The notes below the pieces were generated by a model. The model had not been told where the DNA came from, did not search any database, and worked only from the letters and a program-made list of their open reading frames with translations. The position numbers and the translations under genes are program-made. From the human T2T-CHM13v2.0 reference genome, Homo sapiens, in the NCBI GenBank assembly GCA_009914755.4, contig CP068257.2, forward strand, positions 18,432,001 to 18,496,000: a stretch of 64,000 bases of DNA, in the 5' to 3' direction. Each line of letters opens with the position of its first letter. The stretch's first letter is position 1. Shown in pieces: positions 1 through 14,941 of the stretch.

Positions 1-3000
1 GAGTTAGCTACAAGACAAGTATAAAAAGTGAATTATTGTTTAGAAACATGTAAAGCACATTGCAATGACACTTTTTTTGTATATTGTAGAAGTATGGAAT
101 ATTTTTTAAAAGTGTCTTGCACTACAGTGAGTTTAAGAAGCATAGTAATAGAACCCAAATGATGACTACAGTAGAAAAGAATAAAAATAAGGGATGGGAT
201 GAGGAGGAGTGATTGAAATACTACTAGTAATAAAATATATTTATTATTGCTTTTATAACATCCAGTCATATTGCTAAGAAATTTACACAGATGTATACAT
301 TTGTTTTATTCTCTAAACAGTAAGTTTAAAAGTATTATTATTGTTGTTTACAGATGAAACTGTCTCCAAAATATTAAATAACTCTGAGGTTTCAAGAGTA
401 ATATATAAAGAGAGGAAATTGCATTCAGATCTAAACTAAAATCTGGTGGTTAATCATTTTTTATTTTGTGCCTTTTCCAAAAGCAAAAACAAGCATTATA
501 ATGGCACCTAAGATGATATTTGTAAGTGTACTATATCAACTACAAAGTTTTACACAATCTGGTCTTGAATCAGAATATTCTCAGCTGTAACATGAAAATA
601 CAAATAAGAGTAAGAAGATATTACTTAAATTATGTCTTTATTCTCCGCTGTATGTGAGACAGTGGATTAGATGTTTTCACAAACATTATTTAACATAACC
701 AATAGCTATCAGCAAGTCAATATAAATGTTCAGGGCTGCTTTGATAGTAGAAATTAACTATGCCTATATGTTACTGTGTGTTCAACAAATAGTTTACAGT
801 TTACATCTCTAAATTTGACAAAGGATTCCTTCTATGAAATTCACTAAAATCTGATAGCACACAGTCATTATTAGATTAATTGAAATCAGAATATAGTCAT
901 TAGAAATATAAAGAAAATCCAAACATTGAACAGGGATAGAATTTCCTTTATTTTTGTGTTTTGCTGTAGAAGCTAGTATATTCCTTCTCAAGGATAAAAT
1001 TATAGAACTCAGCAGTCCTAAGGAGACATAGACATCTTATGCAAATTTGTATTATATAGCCATGTATACTGACATCCATGTAGATACATTTTTCCTGAAA
1101 TGATGATTAGTGAAAAATTGAGTCTACATTATTTCACTTCAATAATTTAAAATTTTATTGAAGAGTTTATTATACAGCAATAATAAAAAAAGATAAGTAT
1201 TTCCATTCTCATGATGATTTTGGCCACAATGAAAAGGGAGGTGCATTCCAGGACTATAATAATGGTTCAATACTGGGAAATTTATTAATACAGACTAATA
1301 TACACAAATTAAGTTATAGGCCTTAGGAAAAAACTATATGTGTATATTTGCAATACTTTAAAGCCTTTCAGAGAAGTCAGCATCCATTCCTAATTACATA
1401 TATTTTTCATGAGAATGTAGAAAGATATGGTTAATTCCTTCAAGCGATAAAATATATATACCTCAATTGGAAAGTCCACATCTTAATGGGTAAAAACATA
1501 CAGGTAGTCCCACAAGAGTACTGAAAAAAAGTGCATGCCCACTCTCCTCACTGTTATTTAATATTGTTATTAGTTGATGCAGTTAGATACAATTGTCACA
1601 CAAACTAGAGCAGCAGAAAAAAAAGTGTCTCTATTTGCAGATGACAATAATATATATCAATAATATATATAGATGCCTAAATGATAAAATATAAAATAAT
1701 GCAAGTTGGCAGGTTATATTTTTAAAAAATCACTATTATATCTATATTCGCCTACTTATCTGTTTATTATCTATTTGCCATCCAACTTTCTGTTTATGCC
1801 AATTAGATAATGGAAAGACATCCTTTTTTCCTCATTTAGAACCACTCAACATCATCATGAAGTCATTTCTACATAATTGATTTATAAATTTGACGTTATC
1901 CCAAGATAAATCATAAGCGTTTTTATTTATGAAGCTAAATAAATGAATACTAAAATTATTATAAAAATAAATACACAGAATAGAGAAATATTTAAAAGTA
2001 AAGCTGTGAGGGAGGACTAGCCTTATTGAATATAAAAATAGTTCACTAAGGTTTTATCATTGAAATGATAACTATGTGTGGATACCCAAGAGAAGGGTAT
2101 AGAAAGCTGAAAATAGACCCAGTTACATATATTAATCTAGTTAATAATGAAGGTGTTATCTCAAATTACTGAAGAAAATTGAACTTCTTAATACATGAAT
2201 ATTTATTTGAAATATGGTAAAATCAGATTTAATACTCAGAGCTTATATAGGAGAAAAACCCAAATTGTTCAGAGATCTAAATGTCAAGCATAGAATGTTG
2301 AGAGGCAAGAAAGAACCCCATGGTTTGAATTGGAATAAGGGATTTCAATGTGAACTTATGATGTCTAAAATATGTATATGCATGCATATATGCATATGTA
2401 ATATATATTTCACTTATGTATAAATATGTGTTTTATAATAAATAATATATTTGTACACTTCTGCATTTACTTATCTCTATTTGTTAAAATGATCTAAATG
2501 CAAAATCATTCCAATAGCAATGAGTTCATATAACTATCTAACATCCAGATCTTGTTTTTTAATACCATTCTTCACTAAAAGAAGTCAGCTCTTTCACAGA
2601 ATTGCTGATTCTAAGGGTAGGCCAGAGGAGGTAAAACATGAGTCTGGAAAATTTTATTTGCCATAAAGGAGGAATGTGATCAAACAGTAGAAAATTATGG
2701 AGATAAACAATGTTGAACATATATCACAAAGACACAGGAATCAGCTTAAAGGGGTTCCTCATAGCCAAGTCTAGGACCATTTGAGCACCTAAGTATTTAA
2801 ACTCAGTGATAAATAATACACCCTTAAGTATAAGAATTCAGGGGTCCATAACTATAAGAAGAAATATGTGGGGACTTGTTACAGATCATAGATTAGTAAA
2901 TAAAAAAAATGGCAATCATGCTGTGGACAAAATCAGCAAATATCATTCGCCAGGTGGTCCAAATTAACATCACTAATGCCAGGCAGATGGCATGAGTTTC

Positions 3001-4270
3001 CAGATGTTACTTTCTGTCAAGGACATGTTGGACTTAGGTAATAGGCAGCCTGAGGATGTGTAAGCTTCATTTATAAAGAAGGAAGTATAATACATATTTA
3101 AAAATCAATTTTAATAAAATTGGAAAATAAAAAGGGAAAAAGACTGAAAACTTCTATGTCAATTTAAGAAAAGTATGAAGAATTTTTCTAGATTGAAGTA
3201 GACTAAAGAGAAATGATATGCAAATGTAACAGGTGATCCCAGAATGGATTTTCCTTGGAGAGAGAAAAATGTGCTATAAATCATATTATGTGCTCAGTTG
3301 GCAAAAATGGGTATGGAAGGTACTGTATCAGAGTTAAATTTGTTGAAGTTGATAATGTCATTTTTTAAAGGAATTTTCTTGTTCCTAATATATTTAATGT
3401 AAAGATCGATGATATATGCATCTAACTCTCAAATAGTTCAGCAAAATTATATATATATAACTACATATGTGTGTACATATATATGTACACATATATCTAA
3501 TACATAAGATGTATATATACATGCATACATACCTACACAGAGAGCGCAATGGGGCAAAATATCAATGAGAGGTGAATCTGACTGGTAAAGGATACTCTTT
3601 GTACTATTCTTGAAATGCTTTGTAAGTTCAAAATTATATCTGAAATAAAACAAAAAAATTTCAAACTGAAGATATTTTGATTATATTGAGACTGATGTTT
3701 TAAAGTCCCAAGAAGCAGGTCCTGAGATAAAAATGGGTAAGTCAATGATTTTTATAAAACCTGGTGGCAAGACAAACAGGTAAATCAATGGCAAATTTAA
3801 GATTAGGAAGTGGAACGAGCTCAACAAGGATATGATTTCATCCTTGAAGACAGTGTTCAGCTTGATCCCATAGGGAACTTAGAAATGAAGTCAAGCCCCA
3901 GTATTGTTCTGCTCCATCAATGGCAAGGGAGCTGAACTTCTGGCTTTCCTGGATGGCAGAAAAAGGAGGCTCCCATTAGGAGGAGTGCAATTCTCAGAAG
4001 AATTTGGGTGGCTGGCCTGTGGAAAACGGATGCAGTAGGAAGTGAGGATGAGGGCTTACAGAAAAGGTAGAAAGGAATCTCAGAAGAGCTAGATGAAACA
4101 CTACCTCATGCTTTTATAGTTTAAAATTCCCCTGAATAGATTTTTAAAGTAACATGTAAATTTGGAAGAGATGAAAACTTTGAATTATTTAAATACAGAG
4201 ATGATGGTTGTTCCATTCCAGACATCATTTTTGAAGGTTAGCTATCATGTGCCAGATGTCTTACAAAAAA

Positions 4271-4273
<3 letters not shown>

Positions 4274-4302
<29 letters not shown>
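4274..4302. repeat. (GT)n dinucleotide microsatellite, about 14 units
   Basis: Uninterrupted gtgtgt run read directly in the sequence. Confidence 0.95.
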
Positions 4303-4306
<4 letters not shown>

Positions 4307-5003
4307 TTTTGTTATTATTTATCTTAAACTCTCTGGACATATAAAACCTGTTTTGCTTTAGTAATTAAAGGCAACTTTTTTTCTAAAACTTAGTGCTAAG
4401 TGCTCAATACCTAAGGAGAGAATTAGATCAAACAATGTGGTTTTAATATACTTTTTGTCTTCACTAATATAAGGAGATAACCTATTGGGGGTTTCATATT
4501 TTCTCCATAATGTTCATAAGGTGTGCTATCGGCATTTCAGCAATATAGCCTCCTTGTGGGCTATAGCATTTCAATCATTACAGGAAATTTCACTTCTCTG
4601 GACTCCATCTGCAAAAGATCAGTAGCGCTCTTCCTCCCCCACATTGAATTACATAAAAAACTGCTTTCATCTGTTTATAACATGTGATTCTAAACATCCC
4701 TTAGGTTTAAGTGGCTATAGTATGTATTAGCATAATATTGAAGTTTAAGGAAATTAAGAGTTTAAACATTCAATGTAGACATTGCTAAATGTTCTCTTCC
4801 AATTTGAAGGGTTACAGCATGTTACTTTTTTTCTTGAGTGTTATCAAACTCAAAAGATAATAGCTAATTTACAGAACATTATTTCTACTGGGAAAAAATA
4901 ATCACATTTAATGTTATCAAAGATATGGATATAATCTAAATAATTTTAACTGTGCTTAGGTTATATTTAAACATTAAAGATAGCATTTCTTAAAAATTAG
5001 TAT

Positions 5004-6365
<1,362 letters not shown>

Positions 6366-7229
6366 TTAACGTGCATTTCTCACTTTATGTTCTTTGCTAA
6401 TGACTTACTTCTTGCTGTTTATTTTATATGTATTTTAGACCATGGAAATCATATTAGACAAAAAGCAATTTCAAGCAATTTTCTTATTCTAGTTCAAAAT
6501 GGGCCATAAAGCAGTGGATACAACTCACAACATCAACAACACGTTTGGCCCAGGAACTGCTAACAAACTTACAGTGCAGTGATGGTTCAAGAAGTTTTGT
6601 AAAGGAGACAAAAGCCTTGAAGTTGAGGAGCATAGTTGCCGGTCACTGGAAGTTGACAAGGACGAATTGAGAGCAATTGTTGAAGCTGATCTTCTTACAA
6701 CTGCATGAGAAGTTGCTGAAGAAATCAATACTGACCATTCTATGGTCATTTAGCATTTGAAGCAAATTGAAAAAGTAAAAAAGCTCAGTAAGTGGGTGCC
6801 TCATGAGATGAACAAAACTAAAAATAAAAGTAGATTGTCATTTTTAAGTGTCATCTTCTCTTTTTCTATGCGACAACACGAAACCGTTTCTTGATAGGAT
6901 TGTGACGTGCGACAAAAAGTGGATTTTATATAACAACCGGCAATGACTAGCTCAGTGGTTGGGCCGAGAAGAAGTTCCAAAGCACTTCCCAAAGCCGAAC
7001 TTGCACCAGAAAAAGGTCATGGTCACTGTTGGGTGGTCTGCTGCCAGTCTGATCCACTACAGCTTTGTGAATCCCAGAGAAACCATCATATCTCAGAAGT
7101 GTGCTCAGCAAATCGATGAGATGCATCAAAACGGCAAGGCCTGCAGCTGGCACTCATCAACAGAAAGGGGCTAATTCTTCACAAGGTCCAGTGGCACGTC
7201 ACACAACCAACACTTCAAAAGTTGAATGA

Positions 7230-7519
7230 GGCCGGGCGTGGTGGCTCACGCCTGTAATCCCAGCACTTTGGGAGGCCGAGGTGGGCGGATCACGAGGTCA
7301 GGAGATCCAGACCATCCTGGCTAATTTATTAGAAACCCCGTCTCTAATAAAAATACAAAAAATTAGTTGGGGGTAGTGGCGGCGCCTGTAGTCCCAGCTA
7401 CTCCGGAGGCTGAGGCAGGAGAATGGCGTGAACCTGGGAGGCAGAACTTGCAGGGAGCTGAGATCGCCCCACTGCACTCCATCCTGGGTGACAGAGCAAG
7501 ACTCCGTCTCAAAAAATAA

Positions 7520-7546
<27 letters not shown>
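7230..7546 (+). mobile_element. Alu (AluS/Y-type) SINE nested inside Hsmar1, with a 13-bp TSD
   Basis: The sequence runs from a GGCCGGGCGTGGTGGCTCACGCCTGTAATCCCAGCACTTTGGGAGGCCGAGG head to a long (A/AAAT)n tail. It is flanked by the direct repeat AAAAGTTGAATGA at 7217-7229 and 7547-7559, which splits the Hsmar1 coding sequence. Confidence 0.95.
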
Positions 7547-7550
<4 letters not shown>

Positions 7551-7551
7551 G

Positions 7552-7803
7552 TTGAATGAATTGGGCTATGAAGTTTTGCCTCATCCACCATATTCAGCTG
7601 ACCTCTTGCCAACCGACTACCACTTCTTCAAGCATCTTGACAACTTTTTGCAGGGAAAATGCTTCCACAACCAGCAGGATGCAGAAAATGCTTTCCAAGA
7701 GTTCATCAAATCCCAAAGCACGGATTTTTACGCTACAGGAATAAACAAACTTATTTCTCATTGGCAAAAATGGGTCGATTGTAATCATTCCTATTTTGAT
7801 TAA
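7552..7803 (+). pseudogene. Hsmar1 mariner transposase C-terminal fragment (the parent ORF is disrupted upstream by stops, frameshifts and an Alu)
   Basis: This 83-aa ORF contains the mariner catalytic-domain motif [14 protein letters not shown] and ends YFD*, matching the Hsmar1 transposase C-terminus as also retained in SETMAR. At this locus there is no SET-domain context. Confidence 0.8.
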
Positions 7804-7846
7804 TAAAAATGTGTTTGAGCCTAGTTATAATGATTTAAAATTTATG

Positions 7847-7880
7847 GTCCAAAACCGCAATTAACTTTGCACCTATCTAA
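7847..7880 (+). repeat. Hsmar1 3' terminal inverted repeat
   Basis: The sequence ggtccaaaaccgcaattaactttgcacctatctaa resembles the mariner TIR consensus ..CAAAAACCGCAATTACTTTTGCACCAACCTAA. Confidence 0.75.
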
Positions 7881-7979
7881 TATATTAGGAGATACACAAA
7901 CTGAAAAATAGATGAAATGTTCTTATTCTTATTTTGATATATGACTAAATAAAAGAGGTTAAAAAGAGGGAAAATACAT

Positions 7980-8017
7980 TTGTGTGTGTGTGTCTGTGCG
8001 CCTGAGTGTGTGTGTTT
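7980..8017. repeat. Interrupted (TG)n microsatellite
   Basis: The run tgtgtgtgtgtgtctgtgcgcctgagtgtgtgtgtt is read directly. Confidence 0.9.
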
Positions 8018-9841
8018 AAGTCAAGTGTGGGAATTGTTTACACAGGTCAGAATTAATTATAATCCCTGAGGTAGTATCAAATAAGGTAACAATAGCAAAC
8101 CAAGTATAGTGACTCATAGTCTTTGACAACTATAATAAAGTATATCAAAAAAAATATTTTTGAGAGTTAGCTATGTATAAGAAAATAATGTTATGTTATG
8201 TCTTCATAAAAAAACTATCACAGAGACATTGCTCATTGTGATTAAAATGAAATGTTTCATTTTAAGTATGTGTATGGACAGTTTAAAATGGAATTTAATG
8301 GAATGTCTGGAAAAAGAGTATATATACTTCAGAATCCTTATAAAATAAAATTGAAACTATAAGAAACATGAGATAAAATATTTTATAAATACATAACAAT
8401 TATTTTTTAATCAACTGATTGTAAGTCTAGCAATTATTTGGTATATTTGTTAGAGATATAATCAAGTCACTTTCAGTCTAACATTTTGGCATTGAGAGGT
8501 TAGTTTTCAAAAACATAATAATCTTAAAGTCCATGATTGACCAAAGAAATATAAAAGTCAGCTAAAGCCACTGAAAGCCCACTCAGTGTAGAGTATTTGA
8601 TGACATATTTGAGATAATATAAGTCAAATTCTATGAATTTAATGGAAAGATGAGAATGGAGGTAAAACTTGAACTTGTACCTTTAAAGAGGTAATGAATT
8701 ATAATAGGCTATCTTATTCCCTCATATAAATATGAATTCATGTAGATGAACATTTTATTTCCAAAATAGTTATCTTAGCTCTCAGAGACATTACATTTCC
8801 AAGAGTAAGACATAGGCTTACTGTAAGACTTTCTAGTAGTCCAAAAATGTGGTGATTGAACAAAGATCCATAACTTTTTATTTCCCAAACTTACATAGCT
8901 TTGTCTAAAATATCAAAAATGTATATCCGTTTCCTAGGATTAATGAGTAACTTCAGTATTGAAAATATTAAAATTTATATTTTTAAAGTAAAATTTGATA
9001 ATTAACAAAGTTATTTTAATGCTTAGAGGCTTTCAATATATATAAACAATATAAGACATTTATTTTTACTTTCTTACATGGACGTGGCAGTTTATTATTT
9101 TAAAATACACAGGTCTAAATTTTTGAAAAATTGTTTATTTTGACAGGACAAAGTATAGAATTTTTCTTATCAATAGCAGACTCAAGGCTAATTTTGGTTT
9201 TAAGAGAAGTGAAATAATCATACTACATATAAAAGGATTATAAATTGATATAATTATACTAGACTCTCTTTCATAGTATATTTCATGAAGCATTAAAACA
9301 TTTGTATTTATAATTTTATCATTTCTACTTCTAGAAATCCAGCCAAGAGAAATGATCCTACATATGCAAAGTTTTATACAGAAAAATGTTCACTGTGGTG
9401 TTACTACTAATGATAAAAATATGTAATCTAGATATAAAATATATTTGATGGTTTGATAATCATATGAAATCCATTAACATAACCATCAGGGAGTAATTGA
9501 AATTGTACTTACAATAACATTTAATCACTTGGAAAATTTCTAATTTTCTTTTGCTAAGCTAAAAAGCAAGATACAGGTTTGCACACAATATAACATTAGT
9601 TTTAATTATGAAAATGACCTAGACTTGGGACAGAAATTGTCAAGAAATGTATTAATTTACAGCATCATAAGTGATTTATGTGCATAACAATTTCACCATA
9701 TTCTTTTAAACACTTCTCATTTTAAGAGTCTTAAATTTTCCTAATGTGAGGGTTATAAAACATTCTATCATTAAAGTCTACATCTGTGTCTACCTAACAG
9801 TTAGAAAATGTGTAAATAATTTTATTTCCTATAAGCTATTT

Positions 9842-10242
9842 GCATTAGTTTCCTAGGGTTGCCAGAGCAAAATGGAGGCCAGACAAAACATAAAAGGCCA
9901 GACAAAACATAACAAAAAGTTCACACCTCTAGAGGCCAGAAGTTCAAGATCAAGGTGTTGGCACATTTGGTTTCTTCTGAGGGGGTCTCCCCTTGACTTT
10001 CAGATGGCCACTTTCTCGCTGTGTCTTCACATGGTCTTCGCTCTGTGTACACGTGCCCCTGGTGTCTGTCTCCCTCTGTGTCCTAATCTTCCCTTCTTAT
10101 AAAGACACCACGCATATTGGATCAGGGCCTGGGTTAACTTAATTATCTTTTAAAGGCCCTATTTCCAAATATAATCACATTCTGAGGTACTGGGAGTGCT
10201 TTGACATAAGAATTTTGGAGATACACAATTCATCCCACGACA
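9842..10242 (+). mobile_element. Ancient LTR-like interspersed repeat, probably MaLR (MLT1-type). The family assignment is tentative.
   Basis: A near-identical architecture recurs at 49213-49560: gcattagtttcctagggttgcc..(tctcacagttctgg)..aagatcaaggtg..ttataaagacacca..attggat.agggcc..tttccaaatat.atcacattctgaggtactggg. This matches a very abundant mammalian repeat that ends ..ACA. Confidence 0.4.
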
Positions 10243-11707
10243 CCATTCATCATTTCTCTTCAGAGAATCAGGTTTAATATTTTCTATATCTTTCTCCTTA
10301 CTTCTTGTTTTCTTAATGATTTTGCATAAGACAATTTATTTAAAAATATTTCATGATTTTTGACATACAAAGTTTCCTGGGTTTTATAAATACATAATTT
10401 TTTTTGGTCTCTTGATTCTTTTCAGCTCTGTTATTTCCAATGATTTCGTATTGTGTGTGATAGAAGCAGAATAGTAAACAAAAGCTTCATTTCTGGAATT
10501 AGATTGCCTGGATTTTGTTATAGTTTTCCCACTTACTATCTGAGTAACTTTGAGCTCGTCCCTTCCATTGGTTTCTTCATCCCTTATAAGGGAAAATAGA
10601 ACCAACCTTGTAGAGTTGTTGTCAGAATTTAAGTAATACGGGCAAAGCACACAGAACAGTTTCTAAACCACATTAAACAACAAATGATTAACACTTAGGA
10701 ATGACACCTTTAGATAGCTCCATGATTAGTACATAAGAATCATATCAAAAGAGTAGGTGTTACCTTTAAAATATAAAATATGAAAAGTAAACAAGAGAAG
10801 AAGCATAGGTTTTGTGAACAAATCTGTGCTTCTGTAAGAAAGCAGTAAATAGAAGAAAATACATCAGGCTTTGCCATCAAAATTGATACTAAACATTTTA
10901 GCTGTGCAAACTTAGAAAAATAAGCTCTCCTCTCTCAGCTTCACTTCTGACATGTAAGACCAAAAGAATATTTTCTGTATATCAGGACAATGCTTGTTAC
11001 ATCGATTAAGAAAAAAAGTGTCAGTTTTCTAGTTTCTACTTCTTCAGGATGTCTGTAAATTCAAAATGGTTGTCCAGCTCTGTGAAGTTAAAATTTATTC
11101 ACAATTCTATAAACAGATTTGTTTTTTTGCCATGTGTTTCTGCCCAAGACTTTTTAAGTCCTCAGAATGAATCCTGACTTGTTATTGTGGCCACTTTCTA
11201 TGTTGATGTGCGCAGCACACATGTCCACCAAAGTCTTCCTCTGCAGTTAGTTAATTCACTGGGGCACAGGCTACCCACACCAATGGCACAAGGCTACAGA
11301 AATCTAATACATCATCTTCCTTTTCACTGTAGCAGAACATCTCTTTTCACTTTTAACTATATGTGCAAAACCGCATAGAGGGAAAGATTAACAAAAATAT
11401 GCTCTCCATCCACTTTAAACAGCCTAAAAAAATGGCTCTCTGCAACAACATGGACTAATCTGAGAGAACAATTTAAATGTAAACCTTTGTCCTTTCCATT
11501 TGGGTGGATTTGGCAACAGATAACCCAATAATCTGATTTCCATGAAGGGTCCAGAATAAAATTCATATTTTGGCCAGAATAATATTTATGTTTTACACTC
11601 GCAAAATAACAACTGTATATTGGCAATGCAATGGTAAACTAGTTAAAAAGCCCCCTGCTCTGAAGAACTTAAGAATTGAATACTGCGAATCAATTTAAGT
11701 CAAAATA

Positions 11708-11710
<3 letters not shown>

Positions 11711-11744
<34 letters not shown>
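11711..11744. repeat. (GT)17 microsatellite
   Basis: Perfect gt run. Confidence 0.97.
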
Positions 11745-11747
<3 letters not shown>

Positions 11748-12885
11748 AATAAAGGAGGTAATATTCCATGTCAAATTCTGTAAGAATGGAAAGAGAAAAC
11801 AGATTGAGAATAGATGAACTTGGCAATCAGAAATTTACAGTAGAATAGAGGAAAATTATAGTAGTATAGTTTGTGAGTAGTGGAGATATTACTATGTTTG
11901 AAATAAAAAAGCATATTTTTAGTAATTTAATAAAATATTTAGTTGATAGTACTTTTATTTTTGATGATAAATATAAATGCATTGTTTTATATTTTGTGAA
12001 AACACACATGGAAGATATTACCCAGGTGTGCTGAATGTTTCCCATTCCTCCCTCCTTACATCCCTGTTGACCTCCAGGAGGCTATCCAGGAAGCTGATCT
12101 CAATAAACTGCATATGCATACAGAGTTTTCATGACCTTTGGCCTCTAGGTGGCTTTGACTACAGGAGGTACTCATGAATCACAGGGTGTTATGGACTGAA
12201 TTGTGTCCACATAAATGTGTATGTTGAAGACCTATCTCACATTTCCTCAGAATGGGACTATATTTGGAGATGGAGCTTTTAAAGACAGCAGTACATTCAT
12301 TAAAATGTGGCCTTTGGAGTGGACCTTAATCCAATATAATTGGTAGCCTTTGTTTAAATAAAAAAGATTAGGACATGCAGGGGGAAAAACCAAGAATGTT
12401 CCTGTACAGAGAAAAGACTAAGATGAAGACAAAGTGAGAAGGTGACATCTGCAAGCCAAACAGAGAGCCACAGAAAAAGCCAAACCAGGCAACATCTTGA
12501 TTCCAGATCAAGCCTCTAGCACTGTGAGAAAATCAGTTGTTGTTGTCAAAGCCCCTGATCTGTAGTAATTTGTATGGCAATCCTAGGAAACTAATATGGA
12601 GATCAACATATTTTTTCCCAATCCCCCAACTCTCCCTCCATGCAGGTTGCAGTTTGGCAGTGGCTGAAGTCCAGAGCCACAGCTTCTGTTGGGCAGCCCT
12701 CTCCCACAGACACAGTTCTCATTAGGTGGTTTCCTTTATGAAAGCAAAAAGTGTCTGCTGTCTTCTGTTGGCTTTTCTGTCTAATAACTCTGTCTATTAG
12801 TGTCTTTCTTCTCTGTGTAAGCTTTTATATTGTCTCTTCCTTAAATTCTCTGCAACTGTCCCTTTGAAACATGTGATTAGTTTTC

Positions 12886-13158
<273 letters not shown>

Positions 13159-13497
13159 ATAGATGCCCATTAATGAGGAAAATCAAGGATGTGTTTTCAG
13201 GGCATAGTGTTATGTTATGATAAAGTGACTTGGATTCATTATATATTATATATTATATGTTATATAATAATGCATTATTTGTCATATTCTATACACCATA
13301 TCTTATATGTTATATGCAATATATTGTATATTTTCCATTATATCACTGCCAGTGGTGGATACATTTTGATGTTTGTAATATAAAGTCAGATGATCAAGTC
13401 ATTAGAGAGGTACATCTTTTTCTGTACATCAGAGGTATTTATTCACATACTGGAGATATTCAGTTGAATGAATAGATTTCTTTATTCTATGAGTTGT

Positions 13498-13877
13498 TGT
13501 TATGGTTTGGCTACATCCCCACCTAACTCTCATCTTGAATTGTAGTTCCCATAATGCCCACATATCCTGGGAGGGACCTGGTGGGAGGTAATTTAATCAT
13601 GGGGGCAGTTACCCCTATGCTATTCTCTTAACAGTAAGTTCTCACAAGATTTCATGAGGTCTGATGGTTTTATAAGGGGCTTTCCCGTTCACTTGGCTCT
13701 CATTCTTCTTCCTGCCACCCTGTGAAGAAGGATGTATTTGCTTCCCCTTCCACCATGATTGTAAGTTTCTTGAGGCTTCCCCAGCCATGCTTACTGTGAC
13801 TCAATTCAACTTATTTTCTTTATAAATTACCCAGTCTTGGGTATGTCCTTATAGCAGAATGAGAATGGACTAATACA
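13498..13877 (+). mobile_element. MaLR LTR of the THE1/MST family (solo LTR)
   Basis: It starts tgttatggtttggctacatccccacctaactctcatcttgaattgtagttcccataatgcccacat..gggagggacctggtgggaggtaat.taatcatggggg and ends ..ttataaattacccagtcttgggtatgtccttatagcagaatgagaatggactaataca. This is the canonical THE1-type start and ACA end, at about 380 bp. Confidence 0.8.
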
Positions 13878-14638
13878 GTTGTCTAACAAAGTATATTTGT
13901 GACATATAAATTCTCAAAAAAATAGACACAATGGAACAGAATACATGGATTCATTAAGTCTCCTTAAAACCTCAGCTTGAACCCAGAGGTTCAAGAAAAT
14001 AGGGCTCTTTTTTACTATTAGAAGGAAATCAGTTTTGTCATACCAGTTTCTAACTCTCAATAGAAGATGTACAGTAATTTTCTTTTATTCGATTTAAAAC
14101 CCAACTCCTAGAAATATGGCCCAATTGATGTTTTTGAACATGAATCTACCCTTGCTTCTCCTCTTTGGGGGTCTGTCTCCATTTGTCCTGCATAATCCTT
14201 ATGAGTGATTGGAGCAAGAAGAAGGAAAATATCTGTGCTTCCCCTAGAGTTAGTATGATTATTACTTCACCACTCATAGCACACTTACCATATGCTGAGC
14301 TCTGGGAACAACTTGGGGAAGCAAAAGGAAAAAGAAAACACACACATCTTTGGGTTTAAGAAGAAAGCCAGCAAACAAAACAACAAAGCAAAAAAAACAA
14401 AACACATTAATGACATAAAATTGCACATCCCAGGTGGATGTTGGTGAGGGAGGAGCAAATATTCTCTGATCAAGATACTAATGATTGCACTAGAGGTTCA
14501 AATAGCATCCTTCCAGGTGGAGAAAAACTGAGTTGGGTTATGCATAGAAATCTTGTCAGGCAAGTATTTAAAATGTGGAGGGTTGTCCACAGGCAGGCAT
14601 TCCTAAGTACTATATTAAGGTAAAAAGGTAGGACTCTA

Positions 14639-14941
<303 letters not shown>

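Larger units (their letters stand above)
6442..7880 (+). mobile_element. Hsmar1 (Tc1/mariner) DNA transposon copy, 5'-truncated (5' TIR absent), carrying a nested Alu. The element may begin as early as about 6359.
   Basis: A transposase-like reading frame starts at ATGGAAATCATATTAGACAAAAAGCAATTTCAAGCAATTTTCTTATTC (6442). It runs in three frames, with stops, through ..[76 protein letters not shown], ending with TAA at 7801-7803. A 3' terminal inverted repeat (ggtccaaaaccgcaattaactttgcacctatctaa) ends at 7880. Confidence 0.85.

Noticed and set aside
2590-2720. Shine-Dalgarno-like aaggagg sequences upstream of ATG codons, of the kind that would suggest bacterial genes.
   Set aside because: The surrounding sequence is human repeat-bearing DNA and no ORF follows. 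A ribosome-binding-site interpretation is irrelevant in this eukaryotic context.
7552-7803. The possibility that the mariner transposase ORF represents the SETMAR gene.
   Set aside because: The ORF is embedded in a complete Hsmar1 copy with a 3' TIR, carries stops and frameshifts upstream plus a nested Alu, and has no adjacent SET-domain exon. It is an ordinary decayed Hsmar1 copy.
9872-10102. A 76-aa ORF, MEARQNIKGQTKHNKKF...
   Set aside because: It lies entirely inside the MaLR-like ancient repeat, has no start context or conservation signal, and is a chance ORF.
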